Source of the DNA: Schmidtea polychroa
Lineage: Eukaryota
Direction of reading: 5' to 3'
Length of the DNA: 64,000 bases
Assembly: GCA_044892525.1 (NCBI GenBank)
Contig: CM097886.1
Location: forward strand, 44,516,001-44,580,000
The number at the start of each line of letters is the position of its first letter. The stretch's first letter is position 1. Of this stretch, positions 10,601-25,737 are shown one piece after another. Below the pieces are notes generated by a model, which worked only from the letters and a program-made list of their open reading frames with translations, was not told the DNA's origin and ran no database searches. The translations under genes were made by a program, and so were the position numbers.

Positions 10601-13600
10601 TCTACCTCGACGACATTCTTGTCTATGGAAAAGACATAGAGGAACACAATAACCGATTAGAGGAAGTATTCAGAAGAATTCAACTAGCGGGGTTGAGAAT
10701 TAACCCAGAAAAATGTAATCTGTATAAAGAAGAATTGACATTCCTAGGGCACACTGTAAGTGCAAGTGGGATAAAAACGAACGACAAGAAGATTAAAGAG
10801 ATTCAAGATGCAGAAATACCAGTATGCGCCAAACAATTAAGATCCTTTTTAGGTATGACCAATTACTATAGGAAGTTTATAAAAGACTATGCGAAAATTG
10901 CGGAACCTCTACATGCAGCTACGTCCGGCTGTGAGAAAAAGATTAATTGGTCAGAAGATTGCAACAATAGTTTTGAATTACTTAAAACAAAGTTGTGTGA
11001 AGCTCCAATTCTAGATTACCCAAGAATGGATAGAAACTTTATTCTGGATACAGACGCTAGTTTTGGGGCCATCGGAGCAGTTTTATGTCAAGCTAAAGAA
11101 GATGGTACTGAAGTAGTAATTGCATATGGGTCGAGACACTTGACCGCACATGAAAAAGGTTATTGTGTGACTAGGAAGGAGTTACTTGCTATACACGAAT
11201 ATGTAATGTATTTTAAACAATATCTATACGGAAAGTCATTTGTAGTACGAACGGATCACAAGGCGTTGGTTTTCATGAGATACACAAAAAAACCGATAAG
11301 CCCGCAATTTCAAACCTGGCTAGCCAACCTTTCCGGATATGATTTCGATCTTCAATATAGGAAAGGAGAAGAACATGGAAATGCGGACGGAATATCAAGG
11401 ATTAAAGGGATGCTATGTGCACAATGCCAGACTAGACATGAAGACGCAAAAGAAGAAAAAGCCAGAGTAAGACATATCAGCTCATTACAGAAGACTGAGT
11501 CAATGACAATACTCTTAGAAAAGCAACAAGATGATGTAGATTTCATTCACATGACAAGAGTGTTACAGGGAGAAGAGAAAAAAGATGACTTGAATAAAAA
11601 GAAATTTCCTTTCAATTTGCATAACAACATAAAATTAGAAGATGGGTTTTTATTATTAGAGAAGAATGGTAAAGATGTCATCCTGGTGCCGATAGACTAC
11701 TCAAATACGTTAGTTAAAGGAATACATACTGAAATGTGTCACATTGGAGTAAAGAAATTAATTAGCTATATGAGCAACATATTTTTTTGGCCAAACATGC
11801 AAGAAACTATACAAAACTGTTTGAGAGTATGTGAGATATGCTGCAGAAGGAAAATAGTGCAGGAGAAGACAAAGGAACGATTGTTGCCGATAATAAGTTC
11901 AGAATTTTTAGAACAGTTGGTCATTGATATAGCACACATGAAGAATGGTGGAGTGTACAAGTATATGCTAGTTATCATTGATCGTTTTAGCAAAATGGAC
12001 AGACTGACCGCACTGGAGAGACAAGACGAGAGATCGATTTTCAAAGCCATATTGGAGAAGTGGATATATCGTTTCGGAAAACCGCGAAATTGTCTGTCAG
12101 ACAGAGGGAAGAACTTCGATAGTGGTTTTATGAAAACAAATCTAGGAAGACTGGTTATTACGCAACAGTTCAGTTCACCCTATCAGCATCAATCTAACGG
12201 TTTAGTTGAGAGAACAATACGGACAGTCAGAGACTTGCTGGCGACATCATTAGCAGGTGGACTAGGAGAGCGAAATTGGGCGGAGTTACTTCCTCGAGTA
12301 GAATTTTGTATCAACGTGACACAACAGAGCGCGACGGGATTTTCTCCATTTGAAATTGTTTTTGGGAGGAAGATTAACCTTCATTCAACATTGCCTCAGA
12401 CGACATTGGATACAGTTGAGATACATAGATTGGTAAGAGAGAACAGTGAGAAAGCAGCTAAACGAATGAAAGAGATGGAAACAGCGAAGAGAACGAATCG
12501 ATGTTTCACGGTGGGGGAGAAAGTATTAGTTCGGAAAGAACCACAAAATCGCGACAAAGATGGACTACAGTATGAAGGTCCGTTTGTCATATCAAAGTTT
12601 TTGTCAGAACACCAGGTGGAATTGAGTGACGGGACGACAAAGAAACTCAGACGAATTGAATGGCTTAAGAGATGGGCAGTTCCTTAAAGAAGGGGAGAGT
12701 TATGTAAAGTTTTGTTTGAATAATATTCGTTTTAGTGTGTTTTTGAAAAATATATTTTATTGAATTATTATTGATTTATTTTATGAATTTAGAAGTTGAG
12801 GACATCATAACTATCATGTCACAGATTTCATTGTAATACGCAGAGACGCAAGCAGTAGGTAAAAAAACCCTTCGAGATTTGTCTTTTTCAAGGATAATAT
12901 TTAAAAAAGTATTAAAGTTAATTAAATATATTTATAAAAAAATATTAAACACCAACATATTTAATAAAAAAACATCAAAATGTTGAAAGAATTCCCGGTT
13001 GTATGCAAAAACAAGGTATTCCCGCATTCTCTCATAATACAAACCATATAATATAAACGGATCCACATTCATTTCAGCAATAACCCTAGCTACATTCTCC
13101 TTTACAATTACAGATGTCGTTGGTTCGGGTCTAATTGCTGAATATCTACTTTGAATTATTGAGAATATGTTTTCAATTCGATTTAGACCCGGACTATAAG
13201 GGGGTAAATATTTTATGATAATGCTTTTACAATATCACTATGGTGAAATCTTACATTATCCGTAACTAATATATCATTTGCTTTTATTTGTAGTATATTA
13301 TAAGCTTCATTTAAAAATTCCAACAATTTCTCAGCATTATATGTAAAATCGTTAAAATAAAATAATTTTTATTTGACCTACATGATCCAATGGTGGCCTG
13401 TTTTTAAAGTCGATTTGACCTATATTAAACTGAAAAAAATCGTTAAAAATAATAAAAAATCTGAAAAATTTGTGAAAAAACATTGAAAATTAATAAAAAT
13501 GAAAAAATTTATTTGACCAACATAAAAATACTAGGAATTTTAGAAAATAATTTGTTATCCCTTGGGGTACTTGATCCAGCGGAGGCGAATCCAACAACTC

Positions 13601-16600
13601 AATGTCATATATTTAATATAAATAACATTACATTTATTTTAACTTTCATTGTTATTTGCGAATATAATTAAAATGTTGACGAATAAAATATATAATTTAA
13701 TACAATTAATACAATAGTATAATATACTAATACTTTTCGAGTGGTTTCGTTTGGTCACCATCAGATCTTACATAAGATAAATGTAATATGAAATATTAAA
13801 AATAATATTTAGTTACGTATTCACGAGTTTTGAACATTAAAATTACTTTTGGTCCCCAACGCGGAATTTTCAATATCCAGCATAATTCCAATTTACATTG
13901 AGGGCATTTGATCCAATTACATCCACCAGCTTTTTTAATGAGACAACCACAAGTCGTACATTTCATGCACTTTCCGTCTTTAATTTCTTTCTAGAAAAAT
14001 TGTTGCACTCATTGAAATAAAAAATAATTTACTTCAATATATTTAATGCTCATGTCATCAACGAAGGATGCATCTCCTTTAGAATGCTGAAATTCTGCAC
14101 AGGTTTGATTATCTTTATGAATGACATTGCACATTATACAATTTAACGAATGACAAATCGGACAAACAAAATTTTCCAAATCTGGATCACAAATACCGAA
14201 ATATTTGCAATCCGGCGTTTTACAATGAAATATATTTTCCAATTTTGATTTGGCCACTATTAAACACTTTTCTTGGAAAACCTCGATGTCTCGTTCATTC
14301 AAAATCTTGTAATATTAATTTAAATTAATGAATTTATAAAAATTCAGTAAAGTTATATTATTCAAAAGAATTAAAAAGATTATAAAAGAAATAAAGATTA
14401 TATTTATTATCTTTTAAGATATTGGAAGTAAAAATAATACAAGTCACAAAATTCCCATACTAATAATTTGAGATGTTTGTGAACGACCTAGACATTAAAA
14501 TTTTTTTATCATGGCTTAGAGTACACTTATCTCAATATATTCATTTGGATAAGCAATAAGGATTTGCGAGGCTACACTGGAATGTCCCGATTAAAATTTA
14601 TTATAAAAACCAAATTAGATTTATGAAATACATAATCAAATAATTTTTGAAGGGAAACAAACTTAAAAATCTGCATGAACCCTGCTGAAATATGAAAAAA
14701 AGGTTTTAATTTTTAATATCATAGAAGTTGTGTCGGTTAGGTGTTTGTTTGGTTAACAGTTCGGATATTTAAATTAAATTGTTTATAGTTTACGTAGTAA
14801 GTATAATTTAAAATTTTGATATTATTTAACTAATTATGCCATACCTTTAACTATAGTTTGAAAATGCCAAAAAGATCTTGCCAGTATTTGTTATATAAAG
14901 ATATATATAAAGATATATATAAAAGTTATATATAAAGATATACTGAAGAGTATCCGTTTATAAAGAAAGAAAAAACAAACACCGAAGTAAGCCATGGTGG
15001 TATTTCGGACATTAAAAAGCATATATTTCATCAAAAACAAATATCTGCTGTACGTCCATCCAGCAATTGTAATAATTTAAGGTCTTATTTTGTGAATCCA
15101 CAAAACGATCAGAACGAAAAAATTATAAAGAAAAATATAAAGTTAATGAAATGAATTTGAATTTTTATGTTCATATTAAATTTAGTTTATTTTTATAAGC
15201 ATAATAAATTAATATATTAAATATAAAAAAAATGTTTTGAACTGTCCCGATTTAAGTTTTGAAAATTCTGGCAAGCATATTATTACAACGCTATGGTGAA
15301 GAATACGACACGCGTATAACCTTGATTTGACAAATCTCTCCCAACTGAGAAGTGTAATAATTGGTAATTTTAACTGGTTGTTTCCTGATTTGACTTGGAT
15401 TTGTTCGTCGAACTTTACTCTATTATCACTAAATAAACTCTTGCTGCTTCTTTTTATTTCCGTTTTCTCTTTAATTTCTCCGCATCAATTTTATTCAAAT
15501 TCTCCAAATAAATTAAATATTATATCTCCAAATTATTCCCCAAATTTCCTTTAACTGGTCCTTCCCAAATTGTTCTCTCGACTGTTCCTTCTAATTCTTC
15601 TTCTAAATTGTTCTCTCTATAGTTCTTCCTGCTTCTGCTGAGCTACTTCCTTTTATACCTCGTCAATTTGTGGCACTTTAGTTTATCTTCAATTTCCCAA
15701 TTTTTCCTGCGACCGAGTTATCTTTGACAGCTGTCGAGATATTTTCTAATATTTCCTTTTTACGGCTCCGGCCTGTTTTTGTTTTGATCCCGTTATCTCT
15801 GACAAGCTGTCGAGATAAGAATATTGTTTTTCTATTTTTCCGATTTCGAAATTCGTTTTCCTTTCTGTACTAATTAATTAGCACTGACCTTTGTTTTTGC
15901 TTTCATGCCTGATTTCTTTTGTTTCATTTCTCTTTCCCATTTCTTTTTACTTCCGTTTTCTTTTCTGAGTTCCCATACATCGTCCCGTTTGTCATGACAA
16001 TCTTCCCCAAGTAATTTTATTTATTTATAAATTTGTTATTTAGGTATCCTCAACATTTGCATGATCTTATTGTATTAATCTCTTCATCACAAAACAATTC
16101 ACTTCTACCTTCTGCTAAAGTACTATTTTCCATTTTTTATGAAAATCTATTAGTTCAGTTTTCGTTTACCGATTAATTTTATTATTTCAATTATTCTTTC
16201 GAATATTTGTCAATTTATGACATTTACTTGGTTCTGTTTATTAAATATACTATAAATGTCTTTGTCGTTAGTTTTAAAATGTATGCTTCGGTACATGCAG
16301 TATGAAGTAAAAACATTTTATGTTCTGCAATTCTATGATAAACATGTGTAGCATTCCTAATGTCATAACCATTTGTAAATAGAGAGTTATCGAAATTTGT
16401 ACAAAAACCTAAACAAAACGAATAATAAAGCCTATCGCTTTTAACATTTGGTGGGTTACAGATGGTCGAATATTTACTCTTCCGTGCTGTTACCAGCGTA
16501 GCCCAAAATACAACATTGTTTTCCGCTTGGTACCCGTTGAGTAATCAACGTTGGTACTGTACCAAGGGGTTGAGTACTCGCAAAAAGTGAGCGCACCAAG

Positions 16601-19600
16601 GGCACTATATTTGTCGAGTACTCTATGGGTCTACGGACTACTGTTAGAAGGTATGTGTCCGATTTACTCAGGTCCCTTACCGAAATTGTTTTCCCAAACC
16701 TCCACACGCAAATTTTCAGTCACCAAGCAATTATAAAACAAAATACCTCATATACCAATTTAATAAAATTTGAAAATATACACCAATTTAATAAAATTTA
16801 AAGAATCATTTGCATAGCTAGTTAGTCACATCGCAGACGTTTGCGTCGGTGTTGATTTATCTTGACGTTCATGTTCGGCTAACCTGGCTTTCTTTAGTTT
16901 CTCGCGGATATTGCGTCCTAACCGCTTTCGTTTGGGTTTGTTTACCGCAGTTCTATCCCTGACAGTTCTACGGTCAGCGGCCGGATTTGTCTCATTGCGG
17001 CTTCGTGTACGGTTTGCTCGTTTCGCTTGGTTTCTAGCGAGCGCACTTGTAATTGTAATGCGCGGATCTCCATCTGGTCCTGTGTGGCTTGGGTCTGTAA
17101 TTGGAGAAATTGTGCGGTCTTTTTCTCATTACTGCGGGGCTGAACCAAGTGCCCTCGAATTCCCTTGAGTTTGTCGACCCGGACTCGGTCTTCGGCCTGC
17201 TTTTGGGCCTGTTCCCGGTCTTTGCGCAGATTTTCGAACAGTTTAAACTTTAAAAAGGAAAAATATACTAATAGAATTCGTCACTGTTATTCATGTGACT
17301 AACTAGAAAAATTCATTTAGTTAAATAGTTAAAATTGTTAATGGCGCATTGACCTAAAATACAAATTTTATTAGTTATCACGGAAATAATTTATTACACT
17401 AAAATTCATGCATAAACAAAACCAAGTACAATTTAGAAAATGTAATTTAATCAGTATGAGACACAGTTAACGACTTCGTCACCAGTCGTAGTCAGTAGTA
17501 GGTTCACAGTGGGTGCTTTCTGGGTCTTCCTCGTTTTCGTGGGGGCGCTTCTGCGTCCTCCAACTCCTCTAGGGGGACTCCTTCATTTGCGGCCCGGAGT
17601 TGGAGCTCCAACCGCTTTAATCGAATCTGGGCGGCCTCAACTTCCATGGCCGCTCGGTCGCGGGCCTCCTAGAGCAGATTATTCTGCGGCTCGGTTTTTA
17701 CCCACGCCGGGGCATCAGGCTCGGGGCCACTCCATATGACTGGGCCGAAATTGTCCAGGTCCAGTCCTCGGTTCCAGATGTACCGGGACCGGAGTCGCGT
17801 GATCATTTGAATATCTGTCTCTTCCCCACTATGGTTGCTAGATTGTGACATATCTGCGATTATCCAAAATATAAGACCGTCGATTATTACATAGTGAAAA
17901 GTTTAAACTCCAGGCTTAAGATTAAATTTCTATCAGCAATTCGTAATCAGGGAATTCACCTAAGGAGTTTGAAAATTATGTCTACCTTATTAAAGGCATA
18001 ACCCGTTGATATCCAACTCAGTGGTGACTTAACAGACACAAAAAAAAATCTAAAATTTATATTTTCGCCCGTGGTTTCTATATACTCGTTATAATGCTAG
18101 GGCCTGTCAACTTAGTTTTTCCAAAATGGAAATAAGAAAAACAAATTTGATTGTTTTAATGGTTTAAAATCATTAAATAATTATTTACATCATAGTAAAT
18201 TATTTAATTTTTAAATTATTTAATTTAGATTATTTTAATTTATTATTAGTATCCTTGGTCTCAGAGAAAGTCTTCGTCGACGAAAAGACTTATTGTTGAA
18301 TTATATTCCAATACCTCTTCGTCGGCGAAGCCGTTCATAATGGCTTAATCTACTTTTATATATATATTAATTCTCTTTTACAGCTTGTTCAGAATCTGCT
18401 AAATTAACCACATTTCCGTAGGAAATGATCGCCCTATCTGTGACTGGCTCCTCGTTACTGATGAAGATTCTGTCGCTGGTCGTTACGATGAATGAACGAT
18501 TATGGGTATCTCCCTTTACGGTAGTTTATTTTAAAATATTTAGTAACTCAAGTTCAGTTTAAAATTATAACATTCTATGTTGCTTAGTTTTAGTGGATTC
18601 AATAGTAAGAGTAGTGGATGTTATAGTGAGAATCTTATTGAGCAAAGCATGATAACGGTATTTAGGATCTTCTTGCTTTATTTTATATGGATAATTTGAT
18701 TTCCGTTTTCATGAAGTAAGATAATTTTTATTATGTTGATCCGATGCATACTGGGGATTATTACGACTAATTCATCGATGTAAAAATAGGATCAGGGGAA
18801 TACTAACAATAATAATGATCACAGGGGGAATACAATAGTAGCAACCATGATAATAAGGATAACACAACTAGCAATCATAACGACAGTAATAATACTCATA
18901 GTAATAACAATGATGAGCAGGATAACGAGTGATAATAATTACGTAGGGAAGTAATAAGTATAACAACAGTGATTATAATAATGGTATTCATGATTAGTAA
19001 TAATTGTAAGTGCATGTTTTCCAAGATTAAACTAATATACCTAAGGGGGGGGGTCATAGCAATTTCATTTATAAATTATATTCTTGGTCACAGTATATAG
19101 TCCTGCTGTGTAATTATATATTATATTTTTAAACCCCAAAAAATTTAGTTATACTTTGTGAATAGATATTTTCAAATTGTATTTTGAACTTAAGAAATTA
19201 ATTATACTTTATAAGTAGGTATTTATAGATTATATTGCGGAATTAGAAATAGTTATACTTTATATTTGTACATTTATAAATTATGTTTTTATGTTTAATA
19301 GATGATTATATATTTATAAATTATATTTTTAACTTAAAAATAGTTGTACTTTATAGTTATATATTTATAAATTATATTTTTAACTTTTTAAGAATTTTTA
19401 TTTTTATGACTAATTAATTTATTTATGATAACTTTTATTGCTCCATATGGCTTTTGTGATGGTTATCACCATTTTTATGAAATGTTCTGGGATTCTCTAG
19501 AATTTTTTACGGTTTTTACCATCTTCTAAGTTATTCAAGTCTGTTTTTTGTAATTCTATGTTTCTTTGCTATTTTTAAGTTAGATTCTTGCATTTGTATT

Positions 19601-22600
19601 ATTTTATTTAATTTCTGGGTTTATATTTTTTGTTGTTTTCCCTCTTAATTAATATTGTTTACTTGATGTATTTTTTATATTTAACTGTACTTTTTGCTTT
19701 TTGCGTGCTATGTACCTACGCATTCTAGTCACATATTAGAGTTTTGGGTCTAGAAATCAGTTCTAGCCCAACACATTTAAAGTTAACCAATTACGTCGAA
19801 GACTGTCTTTCCGAAAATATACTTTTTGATCATTTAAGTTATATTTAAATAATTAAGGTTGAATAGGATGAAATTTCAAAAACTGAGTTAATTTTTCATT
19901 TGTCGGTTTAATAAAGTACGTAATCGTCTCTACACCTTTTCCTTCCATTTCTTCACCACTGCCATTTTTTCTTGATATATCTGTTTGATTTGTATTTTTC
20001 AAAAGGAACTTTTTCTTGAACTCTTTATCATCTTGCTATATACCTGGACCGTCTGCAATTTCCTGCTTATCAATTAATTTTGTTGTTATGTGACAATACA
20101 AGAGTTGAAACTGTTTGATCAGTATCATGACTCTGGGAAGTATTTGGCAAAGCTTCCAAAGTATCTTTAGAACTTTGAATTCCAAACATGTCTGATACTT
20201 TGTAACATTTTTGTACTTCAATTTTCATTAGATTTTGGCTTTTAATTTTTATCTTATCCCAACTACTTTTTCATTTTGCTAACATTCTGGATAAAGAGTA
20301 TGGTATATTACTATATTTTATTTATTATTTGATTAATGATTTTCAGCCCACGAATAATAACCAAGTATCAGCTATGAGCAAATAATCTACACATTCCGTT
20401 CCAATACCTATGCACATAAACTAAACAAGAATGAGATCAAAATTCTGTTGATCACTGAATACTGAAAAGTTGATAACGTTTGTTCTGATAATTAGATAAA
20501 TAGAATGCTGTGCTTATGTTTAAAGGTTCTAATTTAAATCGCAATGATTTGAAATATTAATGATTTTAGTTCGCGTAAATTAAATCCAATTAATACTTGA
20601 GCGTGTAGGGACCCATAAATCTAGGGCCTCCGCCGTAACAAGTAAAAAAACGAATATGTACAAACCTTAAAAATAGTTGAATAGCATCTAAACAGATTAT
20701 AAAATATGTTTTCTTAGTCTGAGAACTCAGAAGGGTTCAAGGGTAAACGATTTACAATCATATATCTCCACTCTACCGTTGAAACTTGAATGGGCTGTGA
20801 TATCATAAATCCCGTGTGACCAGCGCTGCCACATAATATGGAAACACATACACACGCCAGCTTCAAGGTCAATGGAAAATTTTTTGAATGAGAATTATGT
20901 ATTATGTATTACTGCGACGAACGATTCAATTCTTCTACACACGTCATCTGCATTTTTATTTTGTTGTCTCGTTAATCAACCATTCAGTAAAATATAAATA
21001 GAAAGAAGTAACAATTGTAAAAATTTAATTTCATTTCATTAAAAAAATAAAAAAACTTGACTATATTTGTGAGCCATAAGGCCCACGGGGATATTGGACA
21101 CGTAGACCCAACGGGATATTCCCGATATCCCGATGGGCCAGTCCAGCACTGAAGATATGGGTCATGAATTTGATGAAAATATTTTAAGGCCATAACTGGA
21201 ATTAGATAAAAATTAATTATAGTGATGATTTTGAGGAATTAGACCACAAAAATAGTAATAAATCCAGTTAAAATCGAAAAAAGATAAAAATCCAAAGTTA
21301 ACAGTAATACATTGAGAAAACAGTTATATAAAATCATAAACATAAAAATAATATTAAAATAATAACATATTAAACAAGTTCAGAAATAAAAAGATTAAAA
21401 CAAATTCAAAGAGAAGGCGATAATAACAAATAAAATTTTAGCAAAAAACAATTAAAAAATAGAGTGGTAAATATAAATAAATACATTTATAATAAGTAAA
21501 ATTGTCAAAATGGATGAAAAGTTGCGAATAAGGTAAATTAAATAAATTAGAAATTATAAGAAGTAAAGTAATAAAAAAAAGATTCGAAAAAACATAAAAA
21601 TAATGAATTAAAAAGGAACAAAAACGAATAAATATTGCGAAATCCAAAATGAAATTGCAAATAAGAAAAATTAAATAAATTATAAAATTTTAAAAATTAA
21701 TTTATTACAAATTAATAAAAACATCGCTTTCAAAAAAGGATAAAAATTACTGCAATAAATGAAATAACACTAATGCACACACACACTAACTCACACATTC
21801 AAAATCAGGTATAAAAGTCGACTCTATTTTCGAAAATTTTAATTCTATGCGAATGCCAACATTTTATTTTTAAATTTTATGCACGATAAATTTTATTAAG
21901 AATCATTGGTGAGTAAATCTAATGTTATTTCAATGTAATTTCTATGCAATTCTTATATAACTTCATTAAATATTTTTATATTAATATTATCTTCATTATG
22001 TTACATTTTTTTTACTTCAATGACTTCATGAATCGAAATTTTTCGAACCTGCAGCCCAATACACATTACAAGCAAGATAATCAAATCAATCAACTTTATG
22101 GACCATCGAAATGTCAGGACAGTTTACCTGTCGTATGCAGTTAATCCTATAGGGTCCTGTGCCACCGTGGGCAAAGGTTTTGTGGAGGATGTAACGCATC
22201 CGAATAAATCTACTGTTGGTGTGCCCTCATGATACGCAATGACACTCGCAACAACTGAATAGGCCAATTTCGTAGAATAACAGGCAGGATAAAATCTCTT
22301 ATAGTAAAATTTTGGAATCCTGCCAAACATTTAGTATGATGTGAAATCTTCTATCATAATTACAATACGCTAGGGTGCGACTTGGTTAAGTCAAAGCGCA
22401 GCGAGGGGAAAAATTAAAATACGATCAATAGTAAGTACGATAATAATGACAAGACATCATATTTACAATAAAGTAATTGGTGTCTCAATAGAGAATGACA
22501 ACAGTAATAAGAAGCAACAAAGCACGAATTCAATTATAATTGAAATCAGTCGATTAATTCGTCTTAATGGAAGATGGTTGCTGTCGCAATTAAAATCTTA

Positions 22601-25600
22601 ACAATTAATGAGGAACTATTTTCATAACGCAATTTTGTCGGAGATTTTACGAAGAGTTTACAATTTATAAATATGATTATTGTATACTGCCAACAAAGTA
22701 ATTTACTTTCTTGAATAAAGCGCAAACATTATTTGTAAAATTTGTAAACTTGATAATAATTTACAGTTAACAAATAGATGAGAACTTTAATGAAATTGTT
22801 AAGCCTGTTTAACTGATTAGTTTGAAACATTTGGTTGACGTTAATATTAAGAGTTTTTAGTTTGAAAGAGAGAACGATGGAGATCGATTGGCAATTTGAT
22901 TAAAAAATAGCCTCTTTTTGTGTCTGATGAAATTTAACTGATTTAGGAAGATATAATTTTCTTACATTTCTTATTTATTCCGTTGAGTTCCAAACGACAG
23001 TGGGAACTGTGAAGGAATTGAGACAAATCTTCCCTCAATAGTCCATGGACCCATGGGAATGTTAGCTAATTATAGTTTACAAGAGTGAAATCTCTTATTA
23101 ACATTCGCAAACTCCACACATTATCGACGTTGTCCATTCACGGGTGTCGAGTGGTAGTAAGGTGTTGTATTCTGGGTTACGCAGGAAAAGACACTAAAAA
23201 TAAGGTTTCCAAAACGAATATATTCGTATCCGGTATCCGCGGTTATTTATGCTCTTAACCGTATCCGATTTCCGCGAAAATGGTCACGGTTACAAATTTT
23301 AAATTTTTACATTAAATATGTTAATTTTGTAACAATATTTCATAAATTTGAATGTATCTACTAAGATGTAGCAAGCTATGCATTTTCCTGTCATAATAAT
23401 ATTTTATAAATTTGAATATTTCTACTAATAAGTAAAACAGTAAGCTATAATAAATTTTTTATTTTAATTCATGTAAACCATTCATGCAGTCATTTGTTTA
23501 ATAATTTTTATAAAGTTATTTTGGAAGGTTGTGCTTTAAATAGTTAAAAAATTTGTAAGCTATCTTTTATTTTTCGAATTAGAATATTTTTATTATCCTT
23601 AGAAATGTCATTAAAAGGATCAATATCATCAGTTTGGGATTATTTTAAAAAACAGGTAAAGAGAAAAAAGCAGAATGTCTGAAATGCAAATCTAACGTAT
23701 CAAATGCCAGTCGGTCAACGGAAGCAATAATAAATCATCTTAAACTTGTTTACAGGATTTTCATGAAGAAAAACGTTGACAATGAACAATTTAGGATAAA
23801 CATTTAAAGAGCTTCAACTTAAATATTTGATTTTGTTAAGCGAGACAGTTTGGAAAAAATAGCATCAAAGATGGCAGCGGCTGATATTATTTCAATTCGT
23901 ATTATAATAGTGTGTTACTTCCGGGATTTCCCTGGAAATTACTTGATTTTACATTTCCCGAATCCCGGGATTTTCTTTGTGATAACAAATATTCAAATCT
24001 GACAAGAATCTAAGTTAAATTTACTACTTTCACACAAAATTCTGATAAGAAATAAATTGGCATCACTGACTTTGATATTTTTCTATTGACAAATGACAAT
24101 TAACATTTTACTCTTGAGAATTTCAGTTTAAATATTTTGTGGGATTGTAGCTACATTTCAAAATATGTAGCTACAAATAATAAAATATCGCATTCATTTT
24201 AAACTTTTCAAATATCAATGTGTTGAGCTAAGTCCAAAAAATAGCAAAACTCTTTAGCCTGTTTTCTTTTTGTTTTGTTGTTTAAATCAACATAATTAAG
24301 TAAATAAAATTAAAGTGGCTATTGAAATAACCCATATAGCATTAAAAATAGCAATCAAAATAATTTTTTGTAATTGGGATTCAGGTCCACCAAATTATAT
24401 ATTTTTGTGATTATCAAAATTTAGTCGATCAGGAACCTCTTTCTGTCAGCAAATCAGGGAACGTTTCACATATCCCTACCTCCCTGGCATAAGGTTTCAA
24501 TCCTACAGCAGATGATCGTGCCGGAGTACTCTCAGTAGAGACTACACGCGACAACTCTCTGACCTTTCTATCTAGTATATTTTTCATTTTTCACAAAATC
24601 CTGTGCAATAATTTAATTGCCTTATTCAGAAAACAGCATTTATTTTTAAATGAAATGAAAATATTTATATTCAGCGTATTGTACATATTTGATGATGATA
24701 TAGGGTTTTTATTTGAAAGTCGGTTCTCTCTCTGACTCCTCGTGTTCTTATTCAGCCAAATAACTCAAACCAAACACAAATTAATTTTTATTTAATCTTT
24801 ATCGCAATTACACTTTGCCACTATTTGCACCACTCGATAAGGTAGAAAACCCAAGGGGCAATCACCTTTTCTTGTACGAGTCTTACCTTGTTTGAATTAC
24901 TATATTTCTCATTCAAATCACTGATCACCGGATTTCTGCTTCTCTGCTTTCTTTTTCTCTTCGACCAAATGACGGTTTGTTTACTTCTTAGCTCTCTTTT
25001 TATACTGTTCATGAGAGACCAATTATATAGAAAATTGCGCTAAATGATCTCCTCAGAATCCTAAATCAATATTTGAGGGTTTTTTGATTACTTTAATTTG
25101 TTTGCCCTTGATTAGGGCTTAAAATTATTTCTCCTTTTATCTCATTGCGCATCGGGTTTCCAATGGGCCGGGCTTCCCATTGGCTCGGGTTTTCCATTAC
25201 CGATTAATTAATTTTAATTAATTTGCTTTTTCGCATTAACTTTTCCTGTGAACATCTTATTAAATTTTCATTATAATTTCTGAATTTGTCAATCAATTTG
25301 GCGTTCAATCATACCCGAAATTGATTTTTGATTCTTAGTAAATTTTAATTAATTTTGCACTTTTATTGATTTACCATTATTTGTTATGCTTCCTTTTCTA
25401 TATGAATTTTTTTGGTTTTTGCACTAACCCCAACATATCTCCCTTTAATTAAGATTCGTTCTCGAATCTATTCATTTATTAATTATTCATTTAAAAGGGT
25501 AGAGTAATCTCGATACTATAATGATAATTTATAATAATAATAATAATTTGCCTTCTTTGCCTCAAAAGCTATCATAATAATAATTCATTAATCGGCGCTT

Positions 25601-25661
25601 TTGCCTTATACTAATAATAGTGATAATAATGATGAAGTAATAATATTAATAATGATAAAAC

Positions 25662-25737
<76 letters not shown>

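Larger units (their letters stand above)
8248..12812 (+). mobile_element. Apparently intact Ty3/Gypsy LTR retrotransposon (4565 bp), antisense within intron 7 of paralogue 1
   Basis: Two identical 115-bp LTRs, 5-bp TSD ATCAT (8243-8247, 12813-12817), PBS, PPT, and uninterrupted gag and pol in PR-RT-RH-IN order. Confidence 0.97.

Noticed and set aside
13735-13770. Minus-strand ctgatggtgaccaaacgaaac resembling a decayed Penelope-type hammerhead; also considered as the terminal exon of paralogue 1
   Set aside because: The core has CTGATGG, a defective stem II and no stem I partner. As an exon it gives an immediate stop in phase 0, and the true terminal exon is at 7697-7602.
19950-20950. Possible MULE transposase remnant on the minus strand (FSIDLEAG..CFHI)
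   Set aside because: Too degenerate, with many stops, to support without an HMM search
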